A stretch of 64,000 nucleotides of DNA from Candidatus Latescibacterota bacterium (GTDB lineage: Bacteria > Latescibacterota > UBA2968 > UBA8231). The stretch covers positions 2,624,001 to 2,688,000 of the forward strand of contig OZ241362.1 of the NCBI GenBank assembly GCA_965200315.1, given 5' to 3'. A program made the position numbers and the translations under genes. The first letter of the stretch is position 1. Each line of letters starts with the position of its first letter. Under the pieces are notes generated by a model, which was not told where the DNA came from, ran no database searches, and worked only from the letters and a program-made list of their open reading frames with translations. This document shows positions 10,756-19,616 of the stretch, in pieces.

Positions 10756-12594
10756 CTAACGGCCCTGTTCCAGCCGCGCCGCCTTCTCTGCGTCGTACCA
10801 CCAAGTAGAGGGCATGACGAAGTAGTCGCCGGTGTAGGGGGCAGAGAGGGCGGGTTTGCCAAACTTATCCCAGTGAACCACGCGGAAGCTGTCGCTGTAC
10901 CAATGCGGGATGGTGTAGTGGCCCCATAGCAATATCCGGTCCATTGCCCGGGTCGTCGCCACCAGTTCGGCGCGGCTAGGAGCCTGAATCAATCGTTCGA
11001 CCAACTCATCGACAACCGGGTCTTTAATGCCAGCGACATTGCCGCTGCCCGGCTCGTCCGCAACAACACTGGTCCAGCTGTTGCGCTGCTCATTGCCGGG
11101 ACTGTGGCTTTGGCCGCGGACTAAGACGATGACGTCGTAGTCAAAGGCCTGGAGCCTGTTTTGATATTGGGTCTGATCAACGGTGCGGATCGTCGCTTTG
11201 ACGCCGAGGCGTTTGAGGTTGGGAATCATTGGCGCGACAATGCGTTCCCACGACGAACTGGAGAGCAAAAATTCGATTTCCATGACCTCGCCGCTCTCGG
11301 CATGGGTCAGGGTATTGTCGACAACTACCCAGCCCGCTTCTTGCAGAAGCTGTTTGGCCGCCCGCAGGTTTTGCCGGAGCCGACCCGACCCATTGGTCGT
11401 GGGTAGCTGAAACTCAGTGGTAAAAAGTTCGTCGGGGATGCGGCCCCGGTACTCCTCCAAAATTTCCAGCTCCCGGCCCGCGGGCAGCCCCGCAGAGGCC
11501 AACTCCGAATTGGCGAAGTAGCTGTTGCTGCGGGTGTAGAGGCTGTAGAACAGATTCTTGTTGGTCCACTCAAAGTCAAAGGCATAGCCAAGAGCTCGCC
11601 GCACCCGGGAATCTGCAAATTTGGCGCGGCGCGTGTTGAACCAGAAAGCCTGCATACCAGCGGCGCGCTGATGAGGCAGTGGGTCCTTGACTAGCCTGCC
11701 AGCGGCCAAGGCTTCTCCTTCGTAGGCCGTTGACCAGTCCTTGGACGAGTTTTCGCGGCGGTAGTCAAATTCACCGGCCTTGAGCGCCTCGATGGCCACG
11801 GTCTGGTCTCGGTAGTAGTCGAAGTGAATGCGGTCGAAGTTGAAGCGGCCCTTGTTGACGGGCAGGTCGCGGCCCCAGTAGTCTGCGACGCGCTCGTAGG
11901 TAATCGAGCGCCCGGCCTCGACCGCGGCAATTCGGTAGGGTCCGCTGCCCAGCGGCGGGTCGAGCGTGGTTTCCTCGAAGTTGCGGCCCTCCCAGTAGTG
12001 TTTGGGCAGGATGGACATCTGGCCAGCGATCACCGGTAGTTCTTTGTTGGTCTCCCCGCTGAAGATCAACCGAACTTGACGCGCTCCGACTTTTTCGGCG
12101 GCCTCGATGGCCGCAAAATAGTTGCGCAATCCGGGATGTCCCTTGGTCTTATAGGTCTCCAGAGAGAAGATCACGTCCTCGGGGGTTATGGGCTTGCCGT
12201 CGTGCCAGTGCGCCTCCGACCGCAGAGTATAGAGCACCCAAGCGTTGTCGGGCGGGACTTCAATGCGCTCGACGAGGCGTCCGTATTCGATGGCGATTTC
12301 GTCGTCGGCGCGTTCGGTGAGGGTGTCGTAGAGCAGGCTACTCAGGCGCGGCGGCTCAATACCTTTGATGATGTGGGGGTTGAGGTTGTCGAAGGTGCCG
12401 ATCCAACCTAAGCGCAGGGTACCGCCCTTCGGGGCGTCGGGGTTGGCATATGCAAAATGGGTAAAGTCGGGGCCGTATTTGAGCTCACCGTAGATGGAGA
12501 TGCCGTGGCCGACGTAGTTGTCGGCATGGGCGGGAAGCGCCGTCAGGATGGCGGTTAGGGCGAGGGTGAGGCGGCCCTGCTTTTGGACGTTCAT
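10756..12594 (-). CDS. yejA: Extracellular solute-binding protein family 5 (YejA-like), copy 2
   Basis: HFAYANPDAPKGG, PPLGSGPY, YWGRDLPVNKG, DFEWTNKNLF, SPGNEQR; probable start ATG 12594 overlapping upstream TGA (ATGA). Confidence 0.85.
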   Translation of the reverse strand: MNVQKQGRLTLALTAILTALPAHADNYVGHGISIYGELKYGPDFTHFAYANPDAPKGGTLRLGWIGTFDNLNPHIIKGIEPPRLSSLLYDTLTERADDEIAIEYGRLVERIEVPPDNAWVLYTLRSEAHWHDGKPITPEDVIFSLETYKTKGHPGLRNYFAAIEAAEKVGARQVRLIFSGETNKELPVIAGQMSILPKHYWEGRNFEETTLDPPLGSGPYRIAAVEAGRSITYERVADYWGRDLPVNKGRFNFDRIHFDYYRDQTVAIEALKAGEFDYRRENSSKDWSTAYEGEALAAGRLVKDPLPHQRAAGMQAFWFNTRRAKFADSRVRRALGYAFDFEWTNKNLFYSLYTRSNSYFANSELASAGLPAGRELEILEEYRGRIPDELFTTEFQLPTTNGSGRLRQNLRAAKQLLQEAGWVVVDNTLTHAESGEVMEIEFLLSSSSWERIVAPMIPNLKRLGVKATIRTVDQTQYQNRLQAFDYDVIVLVRGQSHSPGNEQRNSWTSVVADEPGSGNVAGIKDPVVDELVERLIQAPSRAELVATTRAMDRILLWGHYTIPHWYSDSFRVVHWDKFGKPALSAPYTGDYFVMPSTWWYDAEKAARLEQGR

Positions 12595-14411
12595 TCGGAT
12601 TCCAAGCGCGCCGCCTGTTCCGCGTCCCACCACCACGTATCGGGAAAGCCCAACCCATTAGGGGCTGGCTCTGGCATCCGTCCGAACTTGTTCCAGTAGG
12701 CCAAGCGATAGGAGCGGCTGTGCGAGTCGGGGATCACGTAGTGGTTCCAGAGCAAGATGCGGTCGAGAGCGTGGGTTATCGCGACCTGTGTTGGACGGTC
12801 GGGAGCGGCGATCTGGCGCTCGATTAGCTCGTCGATGACCGGGTCGGCGATGCCGACGTAATTGCGGCTGCCCGCAGATTGTGCCGCCGCGCTCGACCAA
12901 AAGTTGCGCTGCTCATTGCCCGGACTCAAGGTCTGGCGCCAAGAAGCGGCGATGATGTCGAAATCGAAGTCCTGGACGCGGTTTTGGTACTGGGCCGCGT
13001 CAACCGTGCGAATGGTCGCCTCAATGCCGAGGCGTTCGAGGTTTTGCACGAGGGGGCTGAGGACGCGCTCGTAAGACGAGGAGCCGAGCAAGAATTCAAA
13101 GCGCATTACCTCGCCGCTCTCAGCGTGAGTCAGCACTCCATCGACGACGGTCCAGCCGGCTTCGGTGAGCAGATTTTTAGCCGTGCGCAGGTTTTGGCGG
13201 AGCTGGCCCGAGCCGTTGGTCGCTGGTGGCGCGTAGGCAGCGGTAAAGACCTCGTCCGGTATCCGCCCCTCGTAAGTCTGCAAAATTTCCAACTCCTGTC
13301 CCGTGGGCAACCCCGACGACCCAAGGTCTGAGTTGCCCCAATAGCTGTTGCTGCGGGTGAGGAGGCCGTAGAACAGGTTCTTGTTAGTCCACTCAAAATC
13401 ATAGGCAAAGGCGAGGGCCTGCCGCACCTTGGGGTCTTTGAACTTGTTGCGCCGGGTATTGAACGCAAAGCCCGACATGCCGCGGATGAGCTGGTGTGGA
13501 ATCTGCACCTTGATCATCCGTTCCTCGGCGATCGGCGCAAAGTCCTCGTAGTCAGTAGCCCATTCCTTGGGGTTGCTCAACAGGCGATAGTCGTACTCTC
13601 CCGTCTTGAAGGCTTCGATGGCCACGGTCTGGTCTCGGTAGTACTCGTAGCGGATGCGGTCGAAGTTGTGGCGGCCCTTGTGTACGGGTAGGTCGCGCGC
13701 CCAGTAGTCGGCGACGCGCTCGTAGGTAATCGAGCGGCCCGGCTCAAACTCGGCGATCTTGTAAGGGCCGCTGCCCAGAGGCGGCTCAAGCGTGGTAGCG
13801 GCGAATTCGCGCCCTTCCCAATAGTGCTTGGGCAACACGCGCAACTGGCCGATGATCAGCGGCATTTCGCGGTTGGTCCCTTCCTTGAACTCGAACTTCA
13901 CTTGGCGCTCGTCGAGGGCGAAAACCGTGTCAACGTCGGCGTAGAAGGTGCGAAAGAACGGGATGCCCTTAGTGGTGAGGATCTCAAAGCTGAAGATCAC
14001 GTCGGCCGCGGTCACGGGGACGCCATCGTGCCAGCGCGCTTTGGGATGGAGTTCAAAGATGATCCAAGAGCGGTCCTCCGGCATCTGCATCTGCGCGGCA
14101 AGCTGGCCGTATTCGGTGAAGGACTCGTCCTTGGACTTGGTGCAGAGCCGGTTGTAGAGCATCAACGAACCGGCAGCAGCGACGCCCTTGAGGGTGAAGG
14201 GATTGAGGTTGTCGTACGTGCCGATGGCGGCGAGGTGGATTTCGCCGCCTTTGGGGGCGTCGGGATTGACGTAGTCGAAGTGGGTAAAATCAGGCCCGTA
14301 CTTGGGGTCGCCGTAGAGCGTGAAGGCGTGGGCGCGGAGGACTGTGCTGTCCGCGGCATGGGCCACCGAGGCGAGGATAAAGCAGAAAACTAGCGAGCTC
14401 ATGATCCACAT
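12591..14411 (-). CDS. yejA: Extracellular solute-binding protein family 5 (YejA-like), copy 1
   Basis: Signal peptide; HFDYVNPDAPKGG, PPLGSGPY, YWARDLPV, SPGNEQR. Confidence 0.85.
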   Translation of the reverse strand: MWIMSSLVFCFILASVAHAADSTVLRAHAFTLYGDPKYGPDFTHFDYVNPDAPKGGEIHLAAIGTYDNLNPFTLKGVAAAGSLMLYNRLCTKSKDESFTEYGQLAAQMQMPEDRSWIIFELHPKARWHDGVPVTAADVIFSFEILTTKGIPFFRTFYADVDTVFALDERQVKFEFKEGTNREMPLIIGQLRVLPKHYWEGREFAATTLEPPLGSGPYKIAEFEPGRSITYERVADYWARDLPVHKGRHNFDRIRYEYYRDQTVAIEAFKTGEYDYRLLSNPKEWATDYEDFAPIAEERMIKVQIPHQLIRGMSGFAFNTRRNKFKDPKVRQALAFAYDFEWTNKNLFYGLLTRSNSYWGNSDLGSSGLPTGQELEILQTYEGRIPDEVFTAAYAPPATNGSGQLRQNLRTAKNLLTEAGWTVVDGVLTHAESGEVMRFEFLLGSSSYERVLSPLVQNLERLGIEATIRTVDAAQYQNRVQDFDFDIIAASWRQTLSPGNEQRNFWSSAAAQSAGSRNYVGIADPVIDELIERQIAAPDRPTQVAITHALDRILLWNHYVIPDSHSRSYRLAYWNKFGRMPEPAPNGLGFPDTWWWDAEQAARLESE

Positions 14412-14657
14412 GAGAATTGTCGTTTCGTGTGAGGGCGATAAAACGGATAATTAGTGAGGACATAGGAAGTTATGTCATAAACTCTGGATACGTCATTTAT
14501 GGTCGCCTTTGTTTAGACAAGCATAGGAGGCGGGGACACTTATGGGCTTCTGTAAAATTAACCTGAAAAGGCATTCACGGCCACCGACGCGGTTGGCCGC
14601 AGGGCGGCTCTTTTCTATCTTGCCGACCTACAATTCGCTACGCGAGGAGGACGGCCG

Positions 14658-15455
14658 GTGCTGACGCCCAAACAAAAAGAACACTTTGACGTCTTTGGCT
14701 TTCTCTGCCTGCGCCAAGCGTTTGCCCCGCACGAGATGGCCGAGATTACCGAGGCCGCCGACCAAGTGTGGCGCGAAGCCCGGGGCGGCCAACCCGACGA
14801 CGGCCAGCACCAGGGCCTTGCGCCTTTTGCCGAACTAAATCCCCGGCTTTTGGATTTAGCCGAGGACGACCGCATTTTCGAGGTCGTAGCCGACCTCTTA
14901 GGAGACGCCTTCCTGTGGTCGGGATCGGAGGGCAACAAGGAGGGGCATACCGACAAGGGGGAGCACAACTGGCATGCGGATCGGCCAGGAGCCGCAGAGA
15001 CCGAGTACCGGCGGCTCAAGGTGATGATTTACCTGACGCCCACTACCAAAGAACAGGGTGCGCTGCGGGTGATTCCCGGTTCGCACCGCATGCCCTTCCA
15101 CGAGTGGTTGTGGCCCTTACAGGCCCACCACTTCAAGGACGGCACGATCGGCGACAGCTTCGGGGCGCGGGGCGAGGACATCCCTTCCTGCGCGGTGGAG
15201 ACCAAGCCCGGCGACGTGGTCTTTTTTCACCACAGCCTCTTTCACGCGGCCTACGGCAAGTTCCCCGAGCGGCGCTACATCGCCTTCAAGTTCGTCACCC
15301 GGCCCGACACCGAGGCCGAGCTGCGCTCCATGCAGCACTACGCAGCCGGGGCCTTTGACGTCGATCCGGCGCTCTTAGCAAGGCCCCGGCTGCGCTCCAT
15401 TGCCGAGGGTCTGATCTCCTTGGGGCAACAGGCGAATGCTTTAACAGGTCAATAG
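14658..15455 (+). CDS. Phytanoyl-CoA dioxygenase (PhyH) family protein
   Basis: WHAD, GALRVIPGSH, KPGDVVFFHHSLFHA...R; SD GAGGAGG before GTG. Confidence 0.85.
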   Translation: MLTPKQKEHFDVFGFLCLRQAFAPHEMAEITEAADQVWREARGGQPDDGQHQGLAPFAELNPRLLDLAEDDRIFEVVADLLGDAFLWSGSEGNKEGHTDKGEHNWHADRPGAAETEYRRLKVMIYLTPTTKEQGALRVIPGSHRMPFHEWLWPLQAHHFKDGTIGDSFGARGEDIPSCAVETKPGDVVFFHHSLFHAAYGKFPERRYIAFKFVTRPDTEAELRSMQHYAAGAFDVDPALLARPRLRSIAEGLISLGQQANALTGQ

Positions 15456-15469
15456 AGGCATCTTGGGCG

Positions 15470-15498
15470 TTGACAGGGTTCGCCCGTTCTGCTAGCTT
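15470..15498 (+). promoter_or_regulatory. sigma70 promoter of the methyltransferase
   Basis: TTGACA (15470-15475), 17 bp, TAGCTT (15493-15498) with extended TGn. Confidence 0.55.
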
Positions 15499-15541
15499 CA
15501 GATTCATCCTTTAAGTCTGTTCACTACCAACGTAACCCAAT

Positions 15542-16366
15542 GTGGCTCAGTTAATTAGGAGACTGTGGGAATTGGCCGGCCCAACAAAGTGGGGTGAGAA
15601 AAAGGACATGAAGGCGAGTCAGTCAGAGCTTGACTTTGGCATGAGCAGGGGCAGGACGCCATCTGGCCGGAAAAGCCCCGATGGAAACGCCACGACAAAC
15701 CTAGTATTCTCCGCTCATATCGGAAATAACGCGGATATGTTCCCGGCAGTTTTAAGGCTGCACATTGAGGAAGGCGCCAAAATCGCCGATGTGACATTTG
15801 GCAAGGGCGTCTTCTGGCGCAACGTCGATACTTCAAGATACGACTTGCATCCGTCAGACCTCGCGGACGGCACAGACTGTCGCAATCTCCCTTATGAAAA
15901 TGAGTCATTCGATGCGCTCGTCCTCGATCCGCCCTACATGGAAGGGTTCTTCCGCAGTGGAAACGCGATCAAAGCAGGCGCGGGGACACATAATGCCTTT
16001 CGAGATCACTATTCCAATGGGCATGAGGCACCGAGGCACGGTGGCGGGAAGTGGCACGCTGCGGTTGTAGAACTCTATGAGGATAGCGGTCGCGAGGCCC
16101 ACCGAGTGCTGCGCGACCGAGGCGTATTGATCGTAAAGTGTCAAGATGAGGTCAGCGCTAATCGCCAGAACCTGACCCACGTTGAAATTATCAACGCCTA
16201 CGCCGAGCTTGGATTCTTCTGCAAAGATTTATTCGTCGTCGTTCGCCCAAACAAACCAGGAATGAGCCACGTTCTCAAGCAGGTCCACGCAAGAAAGAAC
16301 CACTCCTACTTTCTTGTATTTGTAAAAGTCCCAAAGGGCAAGACCGCGAATCAGATGCGCTCCTGA
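15542..16366 (+). CDS. DNA amino-methyltransferase (probably m6A)
   Basis: Motif I-like [10 protein letters not shown] followed by motif IV LDPPY; KCQD and HARKNHSYF; true start may be ATG 15608 or later. Confidence 0.8.
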   Translation: MAQLIRRLWELAGPTKWGEKKDMKASQSELDFGMSRGRTPSGRKSPDGNATTNLVFSAHIGNNADMFPAVLRLHIEEGAKIADVTFGKGVFWRNVDTSRYDLHPSDLADGTDCRNLPYENESFDALVLDPPYMEGFFRSGNAIKAGAGTHNAFRDHYSNGHEAPRHGGGKWHAAVVELYEDSGREAHRVLRDRGVLIVKCQDEVSANRQNLTHVEIINAYAELGFFCKDLFVVVRPNKPGMSHVLKQVHARKNHSYFLVFVKVPKGKTANQMRS

Positions 16367-16954
16367 ATAATCTCATTCATAAGCGTGAAAGGCTCGTCGC
16401 TGAATGGCGGACTTGGAGGCCAAGAGACGGTTACAGACGGTTACAAGAGTCGCCAAAAGGTGCTGGCGCTGGTATGGGGTGTACTTCTTATAGCTAGACG
16501 TGGGAAGGTCCGAATTCTTGGCGAAGACAAACCGCCACTTCTCTTCAAACGCAAATACATTGACAGCGAGAATATCAAACCCCCCCTTTAGCAGACACGT
16601 TGTCGTTACGCGGCTGTTGTCTGGAAGCACTACCTCCCGGCGATCACTCGCATCGACTTGAGCCTTTCCCTTCCATCCTTCTTCGGTCTTCTCGATCATC
16701 GCGCTCTGTAGCGATTTCGATTCAAAGATGAACTCTTGGCCCTTGTACCGGATGACTCGGTCGCCTTTCTTCTTTCTATCGTGGTCATCGTGCTTGATAA
16801 CCTCTGAAACGTCGTCGCCTGACAGCCAGAGCTTTTCGAGCTTGAGTTCCGCCAAGTAACCCAGAATCATGCCGCGGCGGCTAGGGTTTTGCTCTACTAG
16901 CTCCGTAAGCTCTTCCGGAGTCACATCCCATCTGTCGAGAATCGTTTCGGGCAT
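16351..16954 (-). pseudogene. Type II-like PD-(D/E)xK restriction endonuclease with frameshifted C-terminus
   Basis: GYLAE...KGD...FESKS catalytic pattern; convergent with MTase; 10-bp duplication at 16426-16445 diverts the frame; removing it gives ...[28 protein letters not shown] ending at 16351. Confidence 0.7.
16426..16445. repeat. 10-bp perfect tandem duplication GACGGTTACA x2
   Basis: Directly visible. Confidence 0.95.
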
Positions 16955-16987
16955 ATTGGTGCCTCTCAAGCCTGCTATGCCATTCCC

Positions 16988-18070
16988 CTACACCGACGGC
17001 AATTGCGGCACGACTTGGTTGGCGAGCAAATCCATCGAGCGTTCCCACAGCGGCCGGTCGTCCCAGTCGTGGGCGATCATCAGCAGCGTGTCAAAGCCCC
17101 CGGTCGTCTCCCACAAGCCCGCTAGCTGATCTGCACACGACTGCACGTCGCCTATTATGCACAAGTTTCTGATCAGATACTCGGGCGTGACCGCCTCGTC
17201 GGGAACGTCCGGGTCGTGCTTGGTAATGTAGAGCATTTTGGCCGCGCTGAGTACGGCGATCAGGTATTCAAAGGCGCGGTTGAAAGCACTCTTTTCGTCG
17301 AGGGCGTAGTCCCAAGCACGCGCTTCGTCATCGGCGACGAGGATGCTGCGCGAGATGCGCCAGCGAGTGCGCTCGGGCGCGGGCAGACCGGCCTCGGTGG
17401 CTCCGGCGCTATAGGTCTGCCAGTGCTGAGTCAAAGTCGTATCCGCGACGAGGTTGGTGCTGATGGGCAGATAGCCCCGCTGGCCGGCCATAGTCGCGGC
17501 CATGGAGTCGCCTCTTATCACGCTCATGCCAATGGGCGGGTGCGGCGGCTGGTAGGGCTTGAGCAGTTCGCCGATGCCGAGCTCGGGTTGCGGATCCTCA
17601 ATTTTGATGCGGTAGAAATCCCCGGCAAAGTCAAAAGGGGCCTCCGACTGCCAGAGCTTGAGGACCATGTCGATGCTCTCGACGGTCATCAGCCCTTGCG
17701 TCTTGGGATCGGGCAGGTCAAAAAGGCCCCAGTCGGTGGCGACGCCGCCTTGGCCGAAACCGCAGTTGAAGCGGCCCTTGGAAAGGTGGTCGAGATAGGC
17801 CAGCCGCACCGCGACGTTGACCGGGTGGTGCTGCGGCATGATGGAGACGCCCGTGCCCAAGCGGATGTTTTGCGTCTGGGGCAAGACGTGGGCGATGAAG
17901 AGGTCGTTGGACGGGATCGGCTCCCAAGCGACAGTGTGGTGCTGGCCGATCCAAGCCTCGCTAAAGCCGAGCCGGTCGGCGCGGACGACGAACTCGACGT
18001 CTTCGGCAAAGCATTCGGTGCGGTCTTTTTCTGGGGGATGCAAGGGCATCATAAACGTGCCGAGTTTCAT
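16988..18070 (-). CDS. LLM-class (luciferase-like) flavin-dependent monooxygenase
   Basis: MKLGTFMMPLHPP, LGFSEAWIGQHH, IRLGTGV, LDHLSKGR, GGFDTLL. Confidence 0.88.
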   Translation of the reverse strand: MKLGTFMMPLHPPEKDRTECFAEDVEFVVRADRLGFSEAWIGQHHTVAWEPIPSNDLFIAHVLPQTQNIRLGTGVSIMPQHHPVNVAVRLAYLDHLSKGRFNCGFGQGGVATDWGLFDLPDPKTQGLMTVESIDMVLKLWQSEAPFDFAGDFYRIKIEDPQPELGIGELLKPYQPPHPPIGMSVIRGDSMAATMAGQRGYLPISTNLVADTTLTQHWQTYSAGATEAGLPAPERTRWRISRSILVADDEARAWDYALDEKSAFNRAFEYLIAVLSAAKMLYITKHDPDVPDEAVTPEYLIRNLCIIGDVQSCADQLAGLWETTGGFDTLLMIAHDWDDRPLWERSMDLLANQVVPQLPSV

Positions 18071-18114
18071 GGGAATCTTCCTCTAAAAGCGATGTAAGTG
18101 CAGTGTTTTTTAGC

Positions 18115-19449
18115 TTAATATCCCAACTCCCGCTCCATTTCCCCCACCACCTCGGCAATCACCCGAGCGACTTCCGCGACCTGCTCTTCACTAATGGTAA
18201 AGGGCGGGCTGATGGCAATGTGATCGCCGCTGACGCCGTCGATCAGCCCGGGCGAACCGGGCATGATCAACACGCCTTTGGCAAAGGCGCGTTGAACGAC
18301 CGCGGAGGTGATGCCCTGCTGAGGGTCAAAGGGCGCGTGGGTCGCCTTGTCGCGGGCGAATTCGACGCCGGTCAGCAGGCCCTTGCCGCGCACCGCACTG
18401 ACTATGGGCGAGTCCATTAAGGGCTGCATCTTCTCTAGCATCAGGTCGCCCATCTGCGCGCAACGAGTGACCAAGTCGTGGTCTTGGATATAGTTCTGCA
18501 CGGCGAGGGCAACAGCGCAAGAGAGTGGATTGCCGCCGTAGGTGTGTCCGTGGACGTAGTGGTTTTGCTTTTTGTAAATCCCGTCGTAGATCTCGTCGCG
18601 GACTAGGGTGGCGGCAATGGGCGTGTACCCGCTGGCGAGGCCCTTGCCAGTGGCTATGATATCTGGAATGGCGTCCCAGTGCTCAATGCCGAAATTGAGG
18701 CCCGTGCGTCCGTAGCCGGTAACCACTTCGTCGACGATCATCAGGATGTTGTAGCGGTCGCATATCGCGCGGATAGTGGGGAAGTAGTCGGGCGGCGGCA
18801 TCAGGCCGCAGCAAGAAGTGCCCGAGATCGGCTCGGCGATAAAGGCAGAGATGTACTCGCTGCCCTCTTGTTTGATAACCCGCTCCAGCTCTTCGGCGCA
18901 GGCCAGCGTACAGGCGGGTCGATCTTGGCAGTACGGGCAGTGAGCCGGACGGGGAAAGGTGATGTGTGGGAAGTCGAGCAAATAGGGCACGTAATCCTCG
19001 CGCCAAGTGGAACGGCCCGACATGGAAAGCGCACCAATGGTGTTGCCGTGCCAGCTCTGCCAGCGGGTGATGACTTTGTACTTCTTCGGATTGCCAGTCT
19101 CGACGTGGTACTTGCGCGCTATTTTGAGCGCGGACTCTGTGGCTTCGGACCCGCCAGAGACGAAAAAGACGCGGTTGATGTCGCCGGGGGCTATGGCGGC
19201 GATTTTGTCGGCGAGGTCGATTTGCGGTTGGGTGAGGAAGCGGGCGTAAGTAAAGCAGACCTTGTTGGCCTGCTCCTGCATGACCTCAGCTATCTCCGGG
19301 ACGCCGTGGCCGATGGAGACCACGTGGACGCCGGCGCAGGCATCGAGGTACGCGCGGCCGTCCTCGGCGTAGAGGTAGCAGTCTTTGCCGTGGGAAATCT
19401 GCGGCCAGTTGTCGGTAATGACGCGGTGGAAAATGCGGTCGGTGGTCAT
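18115..19449 (-). CDS. Class III aminotransferase (PLP)
   Basis: SGGSEA, WHGNT, FIAEP, DEVVTGYGRTG, PDIIATGKGLASGY, HGHTYGGNP; start ATG 19449. Confidence 0.9.
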   Translation of the reverse strand: MTTDRIFHRVITDNWPQISHGKDCYLYAEDGRAYLDACAGVHVVSIGHGVPEIAEVMQEQANKVCFTYARFLTQPQIDLADKIAAIAPGDINRVFFVSGGSEATESALKIARKYHVETGNPKKYKVITRWQSWHGNTIGALSMSGRSTWREDYVPYLLDFPHITFPRPAHCPYCQDRPACTLACAEELERVIKQEGSEYISAFIAEPISGTSCCGLMPPPDYFPTIRAICDRYNILMIVDEVVTGYGRTGLNFGIEHWDAIPDIIATGKGLASGYTPIAATLVRDEIYDGIYKKQNHYVHGHTYGGNPLSCAVALAVQNYIQDHDLVTRCAQMGDLMLEKMQPLMDSPIVSAVRGKGLLTGVEFARDKATHAPFDPQQGITSAVVQRAFAKGVLIMPGSPGLIDGVSGDHIAISPPFTISEEQVAEVARVIAEVVGEMERELGY

Positions 19450-19616
19450 GAATCCGTCCTTTGTTTGTAGTAATGACAAGGCCCCGAAGATACGAATTCC
19501 CAAGAGGCCAGCATAGGGCGCGGCCTATTTTGGCGGCTATTCGGGGTGCAACCCGCTCAATGTCTCGATATGTTTCTCATACATACCGATGCGCAACGTC
19601 AGCGAGATACAAACAG

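Noticed and set aside
17216-19470. 293-aa and 263-aa plus-strand ORFs
   Set aside because: Antisense shadows of the LLM and aminotransferase genes, expected in GC-rich DNA.
19461-19616. Longer N-terminus of receptor 1, or a cobalamin riboswitch upstream of either receptor
   Set aside because: Extension overlaps the divergent promoter region and precedes the signal peptide; no B12-box seen and the intergenic spaces are too short.
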